DNA of 64,000 nucleotides from Octopus vulgaris (GCA_951406725.2 OX597834.1:29450001-29514000), one strand, 5' to 3'; counted from the stretch's first letter, positions 1 through 12,529 are shown. Translations and numbers: made by a program. The notes: a model not told the origin generated them from the sequence alone.

Positions 1-6
1 TGATGA

Positions 7-236
7 TTTCATCTCAATCGAAGGAGAGGGGCTTTCTCTGTCCGGGTTGCGGATCCGTGGAATAAGCTGCCGGACGAGATAGTGAAGATGCCGACGACCG
101 CTCGGTTCAAAGTCTCTCTTGACCAGAAATGGCCTGAACTCTTTGCATGAACCCCACCCTGTACATAACTCCATGTCCCCCTACATGGCCTTGCTTTTGC
201 TTTTTGAGCCAAAAAATTAACTTAACTTAACTTAAC
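7..236 (+). mobile_element. 3' end of a CR1/L2-type LINE (ORF2 C-terminus, 3' UTR, (TTAAC)n tail)
   Basis: 7-150 translates FHLNRRRGAFSVRVADPWNKLPDEIVKMPTTARFKVSLDQKWPELFA*, matching the CR1-clade C-terminal motif FSxRVxxxWNxLP...FKxxLD; (TTAAC)4 tail at 217-236. Confidence 0.8.
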
Positions 237-239
237 AAT

Positions 240-440
240 ACTCTTACTCTTTACTCTTTTACTTGTTTCAGTCATTTGACTGCGACCATGCTGGAGCACC
301 GCCTTTAATCGAGCAACACGACCCCGAGACTTATTCTTTGTAAGCCCAGTACTTATTCTATTGGTCTCTTTTGCCGAACCGCTAAGTGACGGGGACGTAA
401 ACACACCAGCATCGGTTGTCAAGCAATGCTAGGGGGACAA

Positions 441-473
<33 letters not shown>

Positions 474-645
474 CATATATACGACAGGCTTCTTTCAGTT
501 TCCGTCTACCAAATCCACTCACAAGGCATTGGTCGGCCCGGGGCTATAGCAGAAGACACTTGCCCAAGATGCCACGCAGTGGGACTGAACCCGGAACCAT
601 GTGGCTGGTTAGCAAGCTACTTACCACACAGCCACTCCTGTGCCT
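240..645 (-). mobile_element. tRNA-derived SINE, family A, full length
   Basis: Minus strand begins AGGCACAGGAGTGGCTGTGTGGTAAG (A box) ... GGTTCAGTCC (B box); internal (TA/TG)n; AAGAGTA-type tail; near-identical copies at 1622-2020, 61165-61589 and 61661-62081. Confidence 0.9.
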
Positions 646-1621
646 ATACATAATTAATTCCAAGCAAAATGAATAAGCAAGCTTTACATTTGAAGAGCAA
701 ATCGAATGCTGAAGCGGAAGTACCAAATGGAGACAGTTATTTCAATAAAACGCTGCCTCACCTACACATTCTACATTATATCCGTATTTAACCAATGTTT
801 TAGTTCATCATTTCCAGAAGCAGTGGAACTTACATCTGCCTCCTCAATAAGGATTGAACTCAGAACGTAAAGGAACATAGCTAAATACTACTGAGTGTTT
901 TGTCTGCTGCTCCACCAATTTTGCCACACTACACAGCTTAATTAATAATAGTAAATAATCAAGTAATAATGTAATTGATATTTTTTTTTTTTGATGTGGC
1001 TTTCGGATTTGATAGCTTTTTCGCTTTCTTTTTCTTTGTTTTTTTGTTTTGTTTTTATTATTTTTTTTTTTTTATGTTATTACATCAATGAACTAAGAAT
1101 TCAATGAGGGAATTGGTTTTGATTCTCTGTGGAAATGGTTTCAACTGTGCTTACTTCTAACTATACTTTGAATTATGCTATTGATAATGATTTCATTATT
1201 CAAAGACTAATAATAAAAACAATAATAACAATGACGGTGATGATGATGATGATGATGATGATGATAACCTTTTCTTTTATTATTGCCACAAAGGTGACGG
1301 AAGAGAGGACATTATAGGATGGGAGTGTGAGATGTACTGGTGGTGGGAAAGCTTGTGTAGAAACTGAATAATAAAAATGATAATAATAATAAAAACAATA
1401 ATAATAATTTCAATGAAACTTATAAGGCATAGTATTGGCACAATGCCATCCATTTTTCTATAAAGGAGTTAATCAACACCAGTATATGTTGTTGATTTTA
1501 TGTATCCTGAGGGGGTGAGAGACAAATTCTACCTCCAAGCATTTGTTGTTATTATTATAATATTAACAAGCTGCACCTGAGAAATGCAATTCCCATTTTT
1601 TAAAACTTCTATTTTGATGCA

Positions 1622-2020
1622 TTACTCTCTTTACTCTTTTCTCTTTTACTTGTTTCAGTCATTTGACTGCGGCCATGCTGGGGCACCGCCTTTTAATCGA
1701 GCAACTCGACCCCAGGACTTATTCTATCGGTCTCTTTTGCCGAACCTCTAAATAACGGGGACATAAACACACCAGCATCGGTTGTCAAGCAATGCTAGGG
1801 GGACAAACACAGGCAGACACACAAACACACATACGCATATATATATATATACATATATATGACAGGCTTCTTTCCGTTTCCGTCTACCAAATCCACTCAC
1901 AAGGCTTTGGTCGGCCTGAGGCTATAGTAGAAGACACTCGCCCAAGGTGCCATGCAGTGGGACTGAACCTGGAACCATGTGGTTGGTAAACAAGCTACTT
2001 ACCACACAGCCACTCCTGCG
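1622..2020 (-). mobile_element. SINE family A
   Basis: Colinear with 240-645, with a small internal deletion. Confidence 0.9.
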
Positions 2021-2071
2021 CGTTGTGACATTATGTTAAAGATTTTGATTATGTTTGGGATTTAAGTTTGT

Positions 2072-2619
2072 TTAACATTTTGCCTATTTTGGGAGTCACT
2101 GGTGACTCTCCATGCTATATCTCAAGATACCATTGGTTATACCCACCTGTGATAGCTTTTTTATGCAGTGTCTCATTACTTTGGTTCAGACTACATTATT
2201 TGAATTTAAAGAAAAGTACAGAAAACATGTTCTTTTGTATTTCTTGGGTGATTTTCAACTTGAGTCAACAGAATCTGAGACCGAACCTGGTAAGAAGGGT
2301 GCAAGTCGCTGTCATCTCCATCACTGCTGCCCTCCATAAAATAATTTTGGTGAAAAGGAAGTCATTAAAGCTTTTATTATATGATATGAAATATAATCTG
2401 AAGAAAAAATTATCAACAAATGCAAAAGAAATCCATAAATGGACATTTTAGCAGTGTTTGACATGTGTATCACCAGTGACTTCCACAGTAGAGTATGACT
2501 ATAACATTTGCTCTGGGGTTACAAAAATTAAAGAATCACAATTTATAATAAAATTAGACTGCTTGTGCTGGTGCAAAAGAAATCATGGTGAAACACGGGC
2601 TTCATGGGCAAAATGTTAA
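2072..2619. mobile_element. TTAA-flanked non-autonomous DNA transposon (piggyBac-like)
   Basis: TTAA-CATTTTGCCTA (2072-2086) ... TGGGCAAAATG-TTAA (2605-2619), 10/11 TIR match; subterminal inverted repeat GGGAGTCACTGGTGA (2091) / TCACCAGTGACTTCC (2470); the reconstructed empty site GTTTAATGCATAACACTT recurs at 2691. Confidence 0.65.
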
Positions 2620-2789
2620 TGCATAACACTTGCGTCTTATTATGTTAAAGATTCTGATTACATCTTAAATTTCATTCCATAGTTAACATTGTTTAATGCA
2701 TAACACTTAAACATGCAATTACTGAAAAACCTCAGAAAAATGTATGAAGTATAAGTTGGATTTTTAACAGTTGTTTTTTTAAAGCTATA

Positions 2790-3754
2790 GTGGAAGTGAC
2801 AAAGGAGTATATTCAGCATATTTTGCTTTATGAGTTCAATAAAGGCAACAACACAACGGAAAGTGTGAGGAATATTGATGCAGTATATGGGGATCGGACA
2901 ATAAGTGTAAGCCAATGTCAACGGTGGTTCCAGAAATTCCATGCTGGAAACTACAGCCTAGAAGACAAGCCCCATCCTGGAATATCTGTAGAGCTTGACG
3001 AGGACATCCAGCAAACCCTGGTGGAACAAAATCCCATTGTAACTGTTGAGGAACTAGCAGAGAAGCTTGCATTTGGTCATTCAACCATTCATTAACACCT
3101 GCGTTCCATTGAAAAAGTCAGCAAATTGGGTCAATGGGTTCCTCACAAACTTTCCATGTCTAATTGCATGCAGAGGGTGAATGTGTGCTCTTCTTTGCTG
3201 TCACGTTTCATGACTGAACCTTCTTTGGACTGAATAGTAACTGGTGACGAGAAATGGGTCCTCTATAAAAATGTCAAGCACTGAAGACAGTGCGTAGGGA
3301 AAGGAGAAACACTGGCACTCAAGGCTAAAGAAGGTCTTCACCCATGTAAGGTATTGTTATCTGTTTGGTGGGATATGAAATGTTTTGTCCATTTTGAAAT
3401 TTTAAACCCAAACCAAATAACCATCTTTGGTTTCAAGATGAAAGGCATTCTTCTATCAGGATAACACTCAGCCACATACAGCAAGGATGATATTCCAAAG
3501 GCTGGAGCAGTTTGAATGGGAAACGATGCTCCACCCACCATATTTTCCAGACATTCTCATCTGATTATCATTTATTCTGCAGTCTTCAAAATCATTTGGA
3601 CGGAAAAAATATGAATTCTGTAGACAATGCCAGAAGAGTACTGGAGGAGTATTTTTCATCATGGACAAATGAATTTTGGAAGAGGGGCTTTGCAAGTCTA
3701 CCAGATAGATGGAAGAGCATTGTGGAAAATGAAGGAGAGTATATTTTAGATTAA
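2790..3754 (+). pseudogene. Decayed mariner (D,D34D) transposase
   Basis: MEVTKEYIQHILLYEFNKG...QRWFQKF..GNYSLED HTH region, QWVPHKL, IVTGDEKWV, QDN, SDYHLF and C-terminal LPDRWKSIVENEGEYILD; interrupted by stops, frameshifts and a deletion. Confidence 0.93.
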
Positions 3755-3800
3755 AAAAAGAACTTTATCTTAATTTTGACAAATAAAAATAGTATTAAAA

Positions 3801-3830
3801 AAACTGTATTATTTATTGGATGACCCAATA
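3801..3830 (+). repeat. Probable right TIR of the mariner element, ending in TA
   Basis: AAACTGTATTATTTATTGGATGACCCAA-TA just downstream of the transposase stop resembles mariner ends; no clear left TIR found. Confidence 0.6.
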
Positions 3831-5621
3831 GAGCATCAAAGATGTGATAGAGGGGTAGAAGACTTCAATAGTGCTTATTTTCAGCTGATTGAACTTGAGT
3901 GACATGAAGTGAAGTGTCTTGTTTAAGAATATAATGTACTGGCTGGTCTTAAAATCAAACCTGCAATTTCTACAATTGTGATTCCAGCACTCTAACCAGC
4001 CTTTGTATATTGATCAACTAATATATAATTGAAATTAATACTTAATTTATTACAGGAGAGATAACAATCCGTGCATGGTTAGGGTTACAAAATGATTACG
4101 AGAAGGGTTTTGACAATTCCCACCTGTATGTTTGATGAAACATTAACTTCAAATAAAAAGTTGCATCATTAATAAGCAGAGATGGATGTTGATTGCAGGA
4201 GATGGAAAAATACAGATTTGGCACAGAAGGAAGAACTACAAGAAAGAAAACCATAATAATAAATCGAGTCCATCTAAATCCATATCAAATTTAATCCATA
4301 ATAGTAGAAAGCTATTAGAAAAGCACTGCATATAGCCACTAGTCATTTGTCATCTAAAACACTGACATCTTTAATCAATATGTTGAAGCTGACAAGATGC
4401 AGATACACGTGTGATAGAGGATGACAATGAACAGTCTCTTGTATCTAGGGATAGATTTTGAGCTGCAATAAAAATTCAGAGAAGGTTTTGGCATCATAAA
4501 CGGTTTTAAAGGTGTCAAGGCCACCGCAGTCTTCTGATTTACCAAAAATAACAGGTTAAATATAGAATCAGAAATAAAGGGATTTAGACCAAAGAAAAAA
4601 ATAATAATAATCAACATAAAAATAATTATGAAAAGTTAAGGAAAAAATAGGTGGAATAGTAGAGAAATATAAGGTCAATAGTTGTACTGAGAGATTCAAT
4701 GTCAAAGAAGGCCACTGTTTGGTTTAGAGACACCAATTCATTCCAACTTCATATTCTCTCTTTTCTTCCCATCTCTTGTCACTACTACTACTACTACTAG
4801 TAGTAGTAGTAGTAGTAGTAGGCCTTGTCTAGCCCCAGCTTTGTCTGATCTGGCAAAATGTGTGATCCACTGGAAACCACACATTGCATTTAGCAAACAT
4901 ATTTGAATTGTTCCACAGAAATAAGTTTTGATTACCACCACCACCACCACCACCACCGCCATTATTATTATTGTTGTTGTTATTATTATCATTATTATTA
5001 TTGTTATTACTATTATTGTTATTATTATAATATTATTATTAAGTTCTTTTCTTCTCTCCCATTTGATTGTGGTAAGGTCATGGTGTAGGGAAAAAAAACC
5101 TGACAATTTCTGAGTTTGTTAGAAAAGCATGTAGAATGCGGTAAAGCTTTCAGATGGCATTCACTTTCCATTAGACCTAATTAATTAATTAATTCTAGAT
5201 GACGATGCTTCCTAAAGTAACACACATATTCTTTATTCTTCCTCATCGCCCTCCCACCCCTTCCTTCCATCTTGGTATTAATTTTGGTTATCTGAATTGT
5301 TGCAGAAATCAGTCAGAGGATGACAAATTGGAATTTTGGTGAACTTATTGACTCTGTACTATCACAGTTGTCACCAGCACCCCTACCGCCTCAACAAATA
5401 ATCAACTAAATCACTCTTAAAGATGGGAAGGTCATGGATGGAATACTTTTCATTATAATCCTATAGTTCAATTCAGCAACAACTAAACAAACATCCCCAT
5501 CATCACAACCACTAATACCGACACCAATACTATAATCTACACTACTCTCTCAGGAGATTAGTGTTGGTCATCAGAGGCCTGCACATGGTCAGTGAGCTTC
5601 TGAGGAAGTATATCTAAGATC

Positions 5622-5930
5622 ATTGTCATCATCTAACTCTGTTCCATGCTTGGACTGTTTGACACGGTCCAGTGGGTCCAAAGATTGCCTTGAATTCCAT
5701 TGTTTGCTTTGGTTTCACCAGCTGGATGCCCTTCCTAATGCCAACCACTTTCAAGTGTGTACTTGATGGATTTTTCATAGCACCAATACTAGTGAGGTCA
5801 CCATGTAGCTTGCAAGATTGAGAACCCGTAGAGGAAGGGGGCTTCATGCTAGGAGATGAGTGTTGGCTAAAGTATAAAAACAGGGGCTGAGTAGGTTTCT
5901 TGCTATAAAGGAGCTACATGAATATTCACA
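5622..5930 (-). mobile_element. Retroposon family E, diverged ((GAT)n-tailed)
   Basis: Shares TTCCATGCT, CAGCTGGATGCCCTTCCTAAYGCCAACCAC with 43757-44172 and 53218-53545. Confidence 0.7.
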
Positions 5931-5949
5931 TACATATATGTGTGAAGGG

Positions 5950-6196
5950 GCCGACTGGTTAAAGTACCTGGTTTCAATTCCTAGGCCAGTGATTTGAGCA
6001 AGACACTTCATTTCGCATTGCTCCAGTCCACTCGGCTGTAAATGGGTGACCCCTGCAATGGAGTGGCTTTTTGATCAGGGGTCAATGTTGGCCTGTTCAC
6101 CTGGTCATTGAGGTGGCATCATTTGAAAACTACAGCAATGCAAAAAACGCATTGTGATCAGTGGTGTATAACAACATCCAATGGTCTGACCGATAA

Positions 6197-6200
<4 letters not shown>
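5950..6200 (+). mobile_element. tRNA-headed SINE family C, diverged
   Basis: B-box-like GGTTTCAATTCC, TTGAGCAAGACACTT, and 3' part TGTTGGCCTG...GGCATCATTTGAA shared with 41651-41870 and 47432-47680. Confidence 0.65.
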
Positions 6201-6247
<47 letters not shown>

Positions 6248-6867
6248 AATGTAATATATGATGAATAAATCTCATATACAAAAATAAATTCAGCCAGCAC
6301 TTAGGTTACCGAAAGTCAGGAAGGAAATCATAAGATGACCATCTCCTTCACCATCCTGGGCTTCGTCCAGCAGTTCAGCTTAATCAACTTTATTGCAAAC
6401 GAACCAAGTATAAAAATAATATTCAACTGATCTAGAAGAATTACTTCTTTGGAAAGTACCAGAATAACTTTTGCATGAAGAATTCCATATGGTACCAAAC
6501 ATGGAATTGTAACATTTATTTTATTGGAGTAGTTGCGTCCAGGCAATGCTTGACTGATTTGTCTGGATTTCTGAAAGCTAAGTGAAATTTTAGTGTGACT
6601 TTTATATAACTTTATTTGAATTTTGTGGCTTTGTATTGTGACTTTTTTTAGTTGACACTGACAGAGCTGAGAGGCGGCCATTGTTATGACATGTGTCTTT
6701 TATACAACCATACATTCTACACACACACACACATACATAAACACATACTCATACACAGAGATGTGTGTGTGTGTATGTATATACACACATACACGCATAT
6801 ATATCATCAGTATTGTTTCATATGAATACATACATATATATATGTATATATATATATATATATATAT

Positions 6868-7245
6868 AATAAATATTAGGGAATAAATCCAAACTTACAG
6901 GGAAAAATCAGATTTAGGATTGAATCCAATTTTATAGTAAAATATTATATTATATTAAATTAGAGACAAAACCACTATTAGGCAAATCAAACAATGAAAG
7001 ACTTAAGCCAATACATAAATTAATTTATATTATTTAAATATGTAACAATTATTAAAAAATATAATTAATATCCACTACGATCGTTTCCTGTCTGCTGTCA
7101 TCAAATTTTTGAGTCGCAGTCATTCATCAGGTGGTTTCAAAATTTTTCTTGGCGAGTTTTAAACAATGAACTCAATATAAATTAATTTATGCATTGGCTT
7201 AAGTCTTTCATTGTTTGATTTGCCTAATAGTGGTTTTGTCTCTAA

Positions 7246-7254
<9 letters not shown>
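6868..7254 (-). mobile_element. (TA)n-embedded element with 81-bp inverted repeat and hammerhead motif (Penelope-like pLTR remnant)
   Basis: Arms 6951-7031 and 7174-7254 are reverse complements with 1 mismatch; (TA)n on both sides; hammerhead motif in the spacer. Confidence 0.7.
7072..7134 (-). ncRNA. Type I hammerhead ribozyme motif, intact core
   Basis: Minus strand: CCAC-CUGAUGA-[stem II UGACUGC...GCAGACA]-GAAA-CGAUCG-UA-GUGG; stem I CCAC/GUGG; palindromic stem III ACGAUCGU; predicted GUA cleavage after position 7076. Confidence 0.75.
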
Positions 7255-7286
<32 letters not shown>

Positions 7287-7312
7287 CATACATACATACA
7301 TACATACATACA

Positions 7313-7344
<32 letters not shown>

Positions 7345-7358
7345 CATACATACATACA

Positions 7359-7390
<32 letters not shown>

Positions 7391-7474
7391 CATACATACA
7401 TACATATATATATATACACACATATACTTACATATGTACATGTATGTGTAGTTGTGTGTATGTATATATATCTT

Positions 7475-7690
7475 TTATCTTTTACTTATTTCAGTTGTTG
7501 GACTGTGGCCATGCTGGGACTGTGGCCATGCCTTGAAGAGTTTTTTGGCCAAACAAATGAACCCCAGGACTCACTTTTTAAGCACGGTACATATTTTATC
7601 AGTCTCTTTTTGCCAATCCACTAAGTTACAGGCACATAAACAAACCAACACCAGTTGCCAAGAAGTAGTGGGGGACAAACACAAACACAT
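7475..7690 (-). mobile_element. SINE family A 3' half, diverged
   Basis: TTTCAGT...GACTGTGGCCATGCTGG...CAGTCTCTTTTTGCC...GGGGACAAACAC as in family A. Confidence 0.7.
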
Positions 7691-7864
7691 ATAGATATAT
7701 ATGTATATACATATATAGTGTGTATGTGTGTGTGTGTAAACGTTTACTTGTGTGTGTGTGTGCATAAATACACACACACACACATACCATGTCTACATGT
7801 ATAGATATTCATAATTTACACATGTGTGTGCGTGTGTGTGAGAGAGAGAGGGGGAGGGGGAGAG

Positions 7865-7898
<34 letters not shown>

Positions 7899-7954
7899 AA
7901 ACTTGCCTTTTTATAGATTCCTCTCAATTTTCAGACAGAATTTGAAACCAAAGC

Positions 7955-8150
7955 AGCAAAGTTGGGTGAATCACTGGAACATCAGATAAAATGCTTTATG
8001 GCATTTTCCTCTGGCATTTTATGTTCTGACTTCAAATTCCACTGAGGTTGACTTTTCAGGGTTGATAGAATGCACATCACTTGAGCAATGTTATCAACTA
8101 ACCCCTGCTCCCTCTAACTTGAGTAACCTTGTGTCAAAATTTGAATCAAT
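7955..8150 (+). mobile_element. SINE family B, diverged
   Basis: TTCTGACTTCAAATTCCACTGAGGTTGACTTT matches the family B B-box region. Confidence 0.55.
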
Positions 8151-8267
8151 ATTATTATTAAAGGTATTGGGAATCAGTATTGATAGAACACCATAGCCTT
8201 GCATTCTGAGTTCTAATCCAAGCTGCAATATCTTGCTTTTATTCTCCTAGGTTCCATAAAATACAGC

Positions 8268-8517
8268 ATCATCATCATCACTATCAGGTTAAGCTTTCTT
8301 GGATGTTAACCTGCACACACCACCCATCTTGGTCTCACATGAGTTGAGAGAGGTCTTTGAGGAGGTAACTAGTCAATTGATCTACACATGTTGGGTTTGG
8401 ACAACCTGCTCCAGTATGGCCATACTTTGGCATCCACAGCAGTAGGCCACTTGCCAGCTCTTGTTTAGCTCGCTGGCAATGTCCCACAAAGTGCAAGTAC
8501 CTTTCCCTTATAAACAG
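8268..8517 (-). mobile_element. 3' end of an RTE-type LINE (decayed ORF2 C-terminus)
   Basis: Minus translation IRERYLHFVGHCQRAKQELASGLLLWMPKYGHTGAGCPNPTCVDQL...DQDGW resembles RTE RxRxLxFxGHCxR...LLLWxP...GRPxxTYVDQL; short (TGA)n tail. Confidence 0.75.
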
Positions 8518-8528
8518 ACGGAAATACG

Positions 8529-8950
8529 AAGGCGGCGAGCTGGCAGAAACGTTAGCACACCGGGCAAAATGCCTAGCGGTATTTCGTCTGCCTTTACATT
8601 CTGAGCTCAAATTCCGCCGAGGTCGACTTTTGCCTTTCATCCTTTTGGGGTCGATAAATTAAGTACCAGTTACACACTGGGATCGATGTATTCGACTTAA
8701 TGCCCTTGTCTGTCCTTGTTTGTCCCCTCTGTGTTTAGCCCCTTGTGGGTAATAAAGAAATAGGTATTTCGTCTGCCTTTACGTTCTGAGTTCAAATTCC
8801 GCCGAGGTCGACTTTTGCTTTTCATCCTTTCGGGGTCGATAAATTAAGTACCAGTTACACACAGGGATCGATGTATTCGACTTAATACCTATGTCTGTCC
8901 TTGTTTGTTCCCTCTATGTTTAGCCCCTTGTGGGCAATAAAGATATAAGA
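8529..8950 (+). mobile_element. SINE family B, full copy plus tandem 5'-truncated copy
   Basis: GGCGGCGAGCTGGCAGAAACGTTAG head, GAGYTCAAATTCC B box, AAAGAAATA tail at about 8762, then an immediate restart at GGTATTTCGTCTGCC. Confidence 0.9.
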
Positions 8951-9208
8951 AATACTGCTATTTCTTAGAGGGATGAGTTCTCCAAGATATGTTTAAGACT
9001 GCTCTTCACAAGTAGAGCCAAATATATTTGCTCATTCCTTGCTCAGTAGCATTGTAACTATGCTAAAAATTATTACCTTTTTTAAAGCATACATCTGTAG
9101 ACTGAAGAACAGTTGGGTGAGAGCTTGCATTTTGGGGGCGTGTGCACAGGTGTGTGTTTCTGTATCTTCATATAACTTACATACACATACAACTGGCAGG
9201 CTGGCAGG

Positions 9209-9245
<37 letters not shown>

Positions 9246-9512
9246 GCATGTCTGTATGCATCATTAAATTATTATTAACACTGTCATATCACCAAAGACA
9301 GGTCCTTTGGATCTGTTTGTGACATGCTCTTGGCATTTCCCTCCAAACCATCATTTAAACTCAGTTAAGCCTTGACGGGTCGAAAGCTGTTTCTCCTTCC
9401 TTACATTCATATTTTTTCTAATATGGAATACGAAGAAGGCATATTTTGAAATGTGCCAACTGTCACAGCTGACATAATATATAAACATATACACCTAAAT
9501 CTTCACAAGCAA

Positions 9513-9554
<42 letters not shown>

Positions 9555-9817
9555 GTATACACATGTGTCAGTATATCTACTGACGCATGCATACACAGAC
9601 ACTCATAGAAGCAGACAGTGACAGCTGACAGAGTATCACCAGAATGTCAATGTTTACAAGACAAGAGCAACAGAAAAATGGTTCAACAGCTTTGTATCCT
9701 GTTACCAGCATTGACAGCTGCCCACGTGGCTGTAAACAGGTACCGAGGTGGCAGAAATACAGGTGAAGCATGTTCATAATCATCCCTTTATATTTAAGAA
9801 ACAACTGAAGTTATATG

Positions 9818-9879
<62 letters not shown>

Positions 9880-9883
9880 TATA

Positions 9884-10099
9884 TTCAAAATGTGACCGCG
9901 TGTGTACTGTTGGCGATTTTTTTTCCTCTGTCTTCCCTTCTCTGGATCTTTCCTTTTCCTATGTTTCCGATGAAGAGCTCCACTCAAGACGTTAAACCCT
10001 CCTTCTTTCCTTCTTTCCTGAGCGTCCAATAATGCTATATTTGTTCCACGTCCTCGCGTTGTTGTGTTTTTTTGTGCTTTCTTGTTTGGATTAACTTTA
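9884..10099 (+). mobile_element. (TA)n-embedded element with decayed minimal hammerhead motif
   Basis: 9963-9997: GUUU-CCGAUGA-A-GAG(CUCCA)CUC-AAGA-CG-UU-AAAC; layout and downstream CCTGAGCGT are shared with 25541-25726; core mutated. Confidence 0.55.
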
Positions 10100-10127
10100 T
10101 ATACATACATATGTGTGTGCGTGTGTC

Positions 10128-10183
<56 letters not shown>

Positions 10184-10189
10184 CACTCC

Positions 10190-10242
<53 letters not shown>

Positions 10243-10299
10243 ATATATTATATATTTGCAAGTATACTTACATCCTAGCATAAAGTAGTCTCACCAATC

Positions 10300-10497
10300 T
10301 ATATCTGGTTTCATTGTCTTGCAAGCCTCACTAGTATTCTTGGCATGAAAAAAGTACCAAATACACACTGTATAGAGGTAGGCATTGGGAAGCTGTAAAA
10401 GCCATGCCAAAACAGACAGTGAAGCACTCATCGGATCCTATCAAACCATCCAACCCATGCCAGCACGTAACATGGACATGGAATAATGATGATGATA
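10300..10497 (+). mobile_element. Retroposon family E, diverged
   Basis: CAAACCATCCAACCCATGCCAGCA...TGGACA...ATGATGATGAT tail, the reverse orientation of the family E end. Confidence 0.6.
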
Positions 10498-10786
10498 CTA
10501 TTCTTTAACTGTTATAATACAACAATAGATAAAGACCAGGTCCACTCCAATCTACATTGTCTATGTTGTCCAGAAATTTCAGTCATCTGGATTTATTGCA
10601 ATTACCTCCCTTGTCTGTCACTTTCAAAAAGACAATGTCTACAGGATTTCTAAGGCTAGATACCCAATACACAGACACACACTCAAACCCACAAACCCAT
10701 ATATGCAATTACATGTGTATGTTCATTGATTGAAAGTAAAGTTCTCATTCCACAGCCAGTCTAAATTCTCCAACCACGGAGTCACG

Positions 10787-10820
10787 CTGAAGAACAGAAA
10801 TGGGGAAACTCAGAGTAACA
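10787..10820 (+). ncRNA. Hammerhead-core remnant
   Basis: CUGAAGA-ACAGAAAUGGG-GAAA-CUCAGAG-UA-ACA; core boxes and stem III present, stem I not evident; resembles the arms at 52535-52660. Confidence 0.4.
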
Positions 10821-11210
10821 ACAAAGAGCATTTTCTGGCTTGGCTTCAAATGAATGAAACAAACAACTACACGTACTTAATACCTCTCATCTGTACATTT
10901 GTACATTCTAACATACACACACACATATATATACATATGTATTGTGTATGCATGGACATATATATATACATGTGTGAGTATGTATTTGTTGTATGTATTT
11001 ACATATAAGAATAAAATTATGATTGATAATTTAGTGATAATTTTTGACAGCAGCTACATCTTTCTCTTGGCAGTTGTGCACACTGGCTGCAATCAACTTA
11101 ATTGAGCTGCAATTACTGCAGCAATTCACCATATTAGCTGCACATGTCAGCTATTTATTTTGTAGTTGTTTATTATTTTCTTCTAATTGCTATCATCATC
11201 ATCATCATCG

Positions 11211-11266
<56 letters not shown>

Positions 11267-11994
11267 TTTAAGCTTTCTTTGTTTCTCCTTTGGTAAAAAT
11301 CTTCCACGAAAAGTTTTTTTTACAAGTAAAAAGCCTGAAGATGTGGATTTGGAAGAAGGTTTTTTTTCCCCCCTGTTTTTGTTGTTGTTTTTTGTTGAAG
11401 TTGTTGGCATTGTTTATTTAAATCTATTTTATATTGTTTTTACTGTTATTTTGTTTGTTTGTTTGTTTTCAAGTTACATTTTTTTTAGTGCTTTATTGCA
11501 TTAGTTAACATTGCTGTTATTGCATTTGTTATTGTTGTTGTTGTTGTTGTTTGTTTTATTTCCTGTGCTTTTGTTTATTCTGTGGTTCCAATTATTTCTG
11601 TTGTTTGTGAATGTTTTATCTGTCATGGCAGGGATGGAGAGGTGATGGTGATGGTGATGGTATTAATCCTAACGGTGGTGATGATGATGATGGTGGTGGT
11701 GGTGGTGGTGGTGGTGGCGGCAGTCATAGTGGTATCATTATTAATGCCAGTAGTAGTGGTGATGGTGGTGGTGGTGGTGGTGGCGGCGGTCATAGTGGTA
11801 TCATTATTAATGCTAGTAGTAGTAGTAGTGGTGGTGGTGGTGGTGGTGGTGGTAAGGATAGTGATGAGGGTGGTGGTTGTAGTAGTAGCTGTGGTAGTGA
11901 TGGTATCGTCAAGAAAATATTTTAGTTGTTGCTATTGTTGCTATTTACAGAAGTTTTAGCGATGGTGGGGGTTGAAGCCATTAGCATTAGAAGA

Positions 11995-12425
11995 AACTCT
12001 CTCTCAAGCATAAGGTGCTTGCTTCCCAACCATCAGGCCTTGGGTTCAGTTCCACTGCACAGCACTTTGAGCAAGTGTTTTCTATTATAGCCCTGGGCTG
12101 AACAAAGCCTTGGGAATGGATTTGGCAGATGGAAACTGAAAGAAGCCTGTATTGTGTGTGTGTGTGTGTGCTTGCGTGTACGTGTGTGTGTGAGTGTGTG
12201 CCTGGCCTAGATATCATGTGATGATAGTAAATGAGCATCACTGTTATACAAGTGGTGTAATTTATTTTCAGTCTTCAATGAAAAACATGCCTGGCCATGG
12301 GGAGACAAGTGAGGGTTGGTGAAAGAAAGGGCCGCCAGCCCTAGAAAACCTGCCACCAGAAATTGTGTCTGACCCTTACAAACATAGAAAAGTAAATATT
12401 AAGTGAAAATAATGATGGTGATGTT
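11995..12425 (+). mobile_element. SINE with family A head and family E/RTE-like tail, diverged
   Basis: GCTTGCTTCCCAACCA...GGGTTCAGTTCCACTG...GAGCAAGTG head; GAGGGTTGG...AAGGGC..CCAGC..TAGAAAA tail; second copy at 28700-29075. Confidence 0.75.
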
Positions 12426-12430
12426 GAAGA

Positions 12431-12464
<34 letters not shown>

Positions 12465-12529
12465 TGGGTGTCTTGGGTGACTATAATAGAGAATATATGC
12501 AGTTGTACGAAGTGTATTTATCTGTCATT

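Noticed and set aside
4200-4620. Possible very old LINE RT remnant on the minus strand
   Set aside because: Only vague motif resemblance across frames; needs a translated search.
6328-6681. 117-aa non-repetitive ORF
   Set aside because: No recognisable motif or coding-like composition; could be an old TE or chance.
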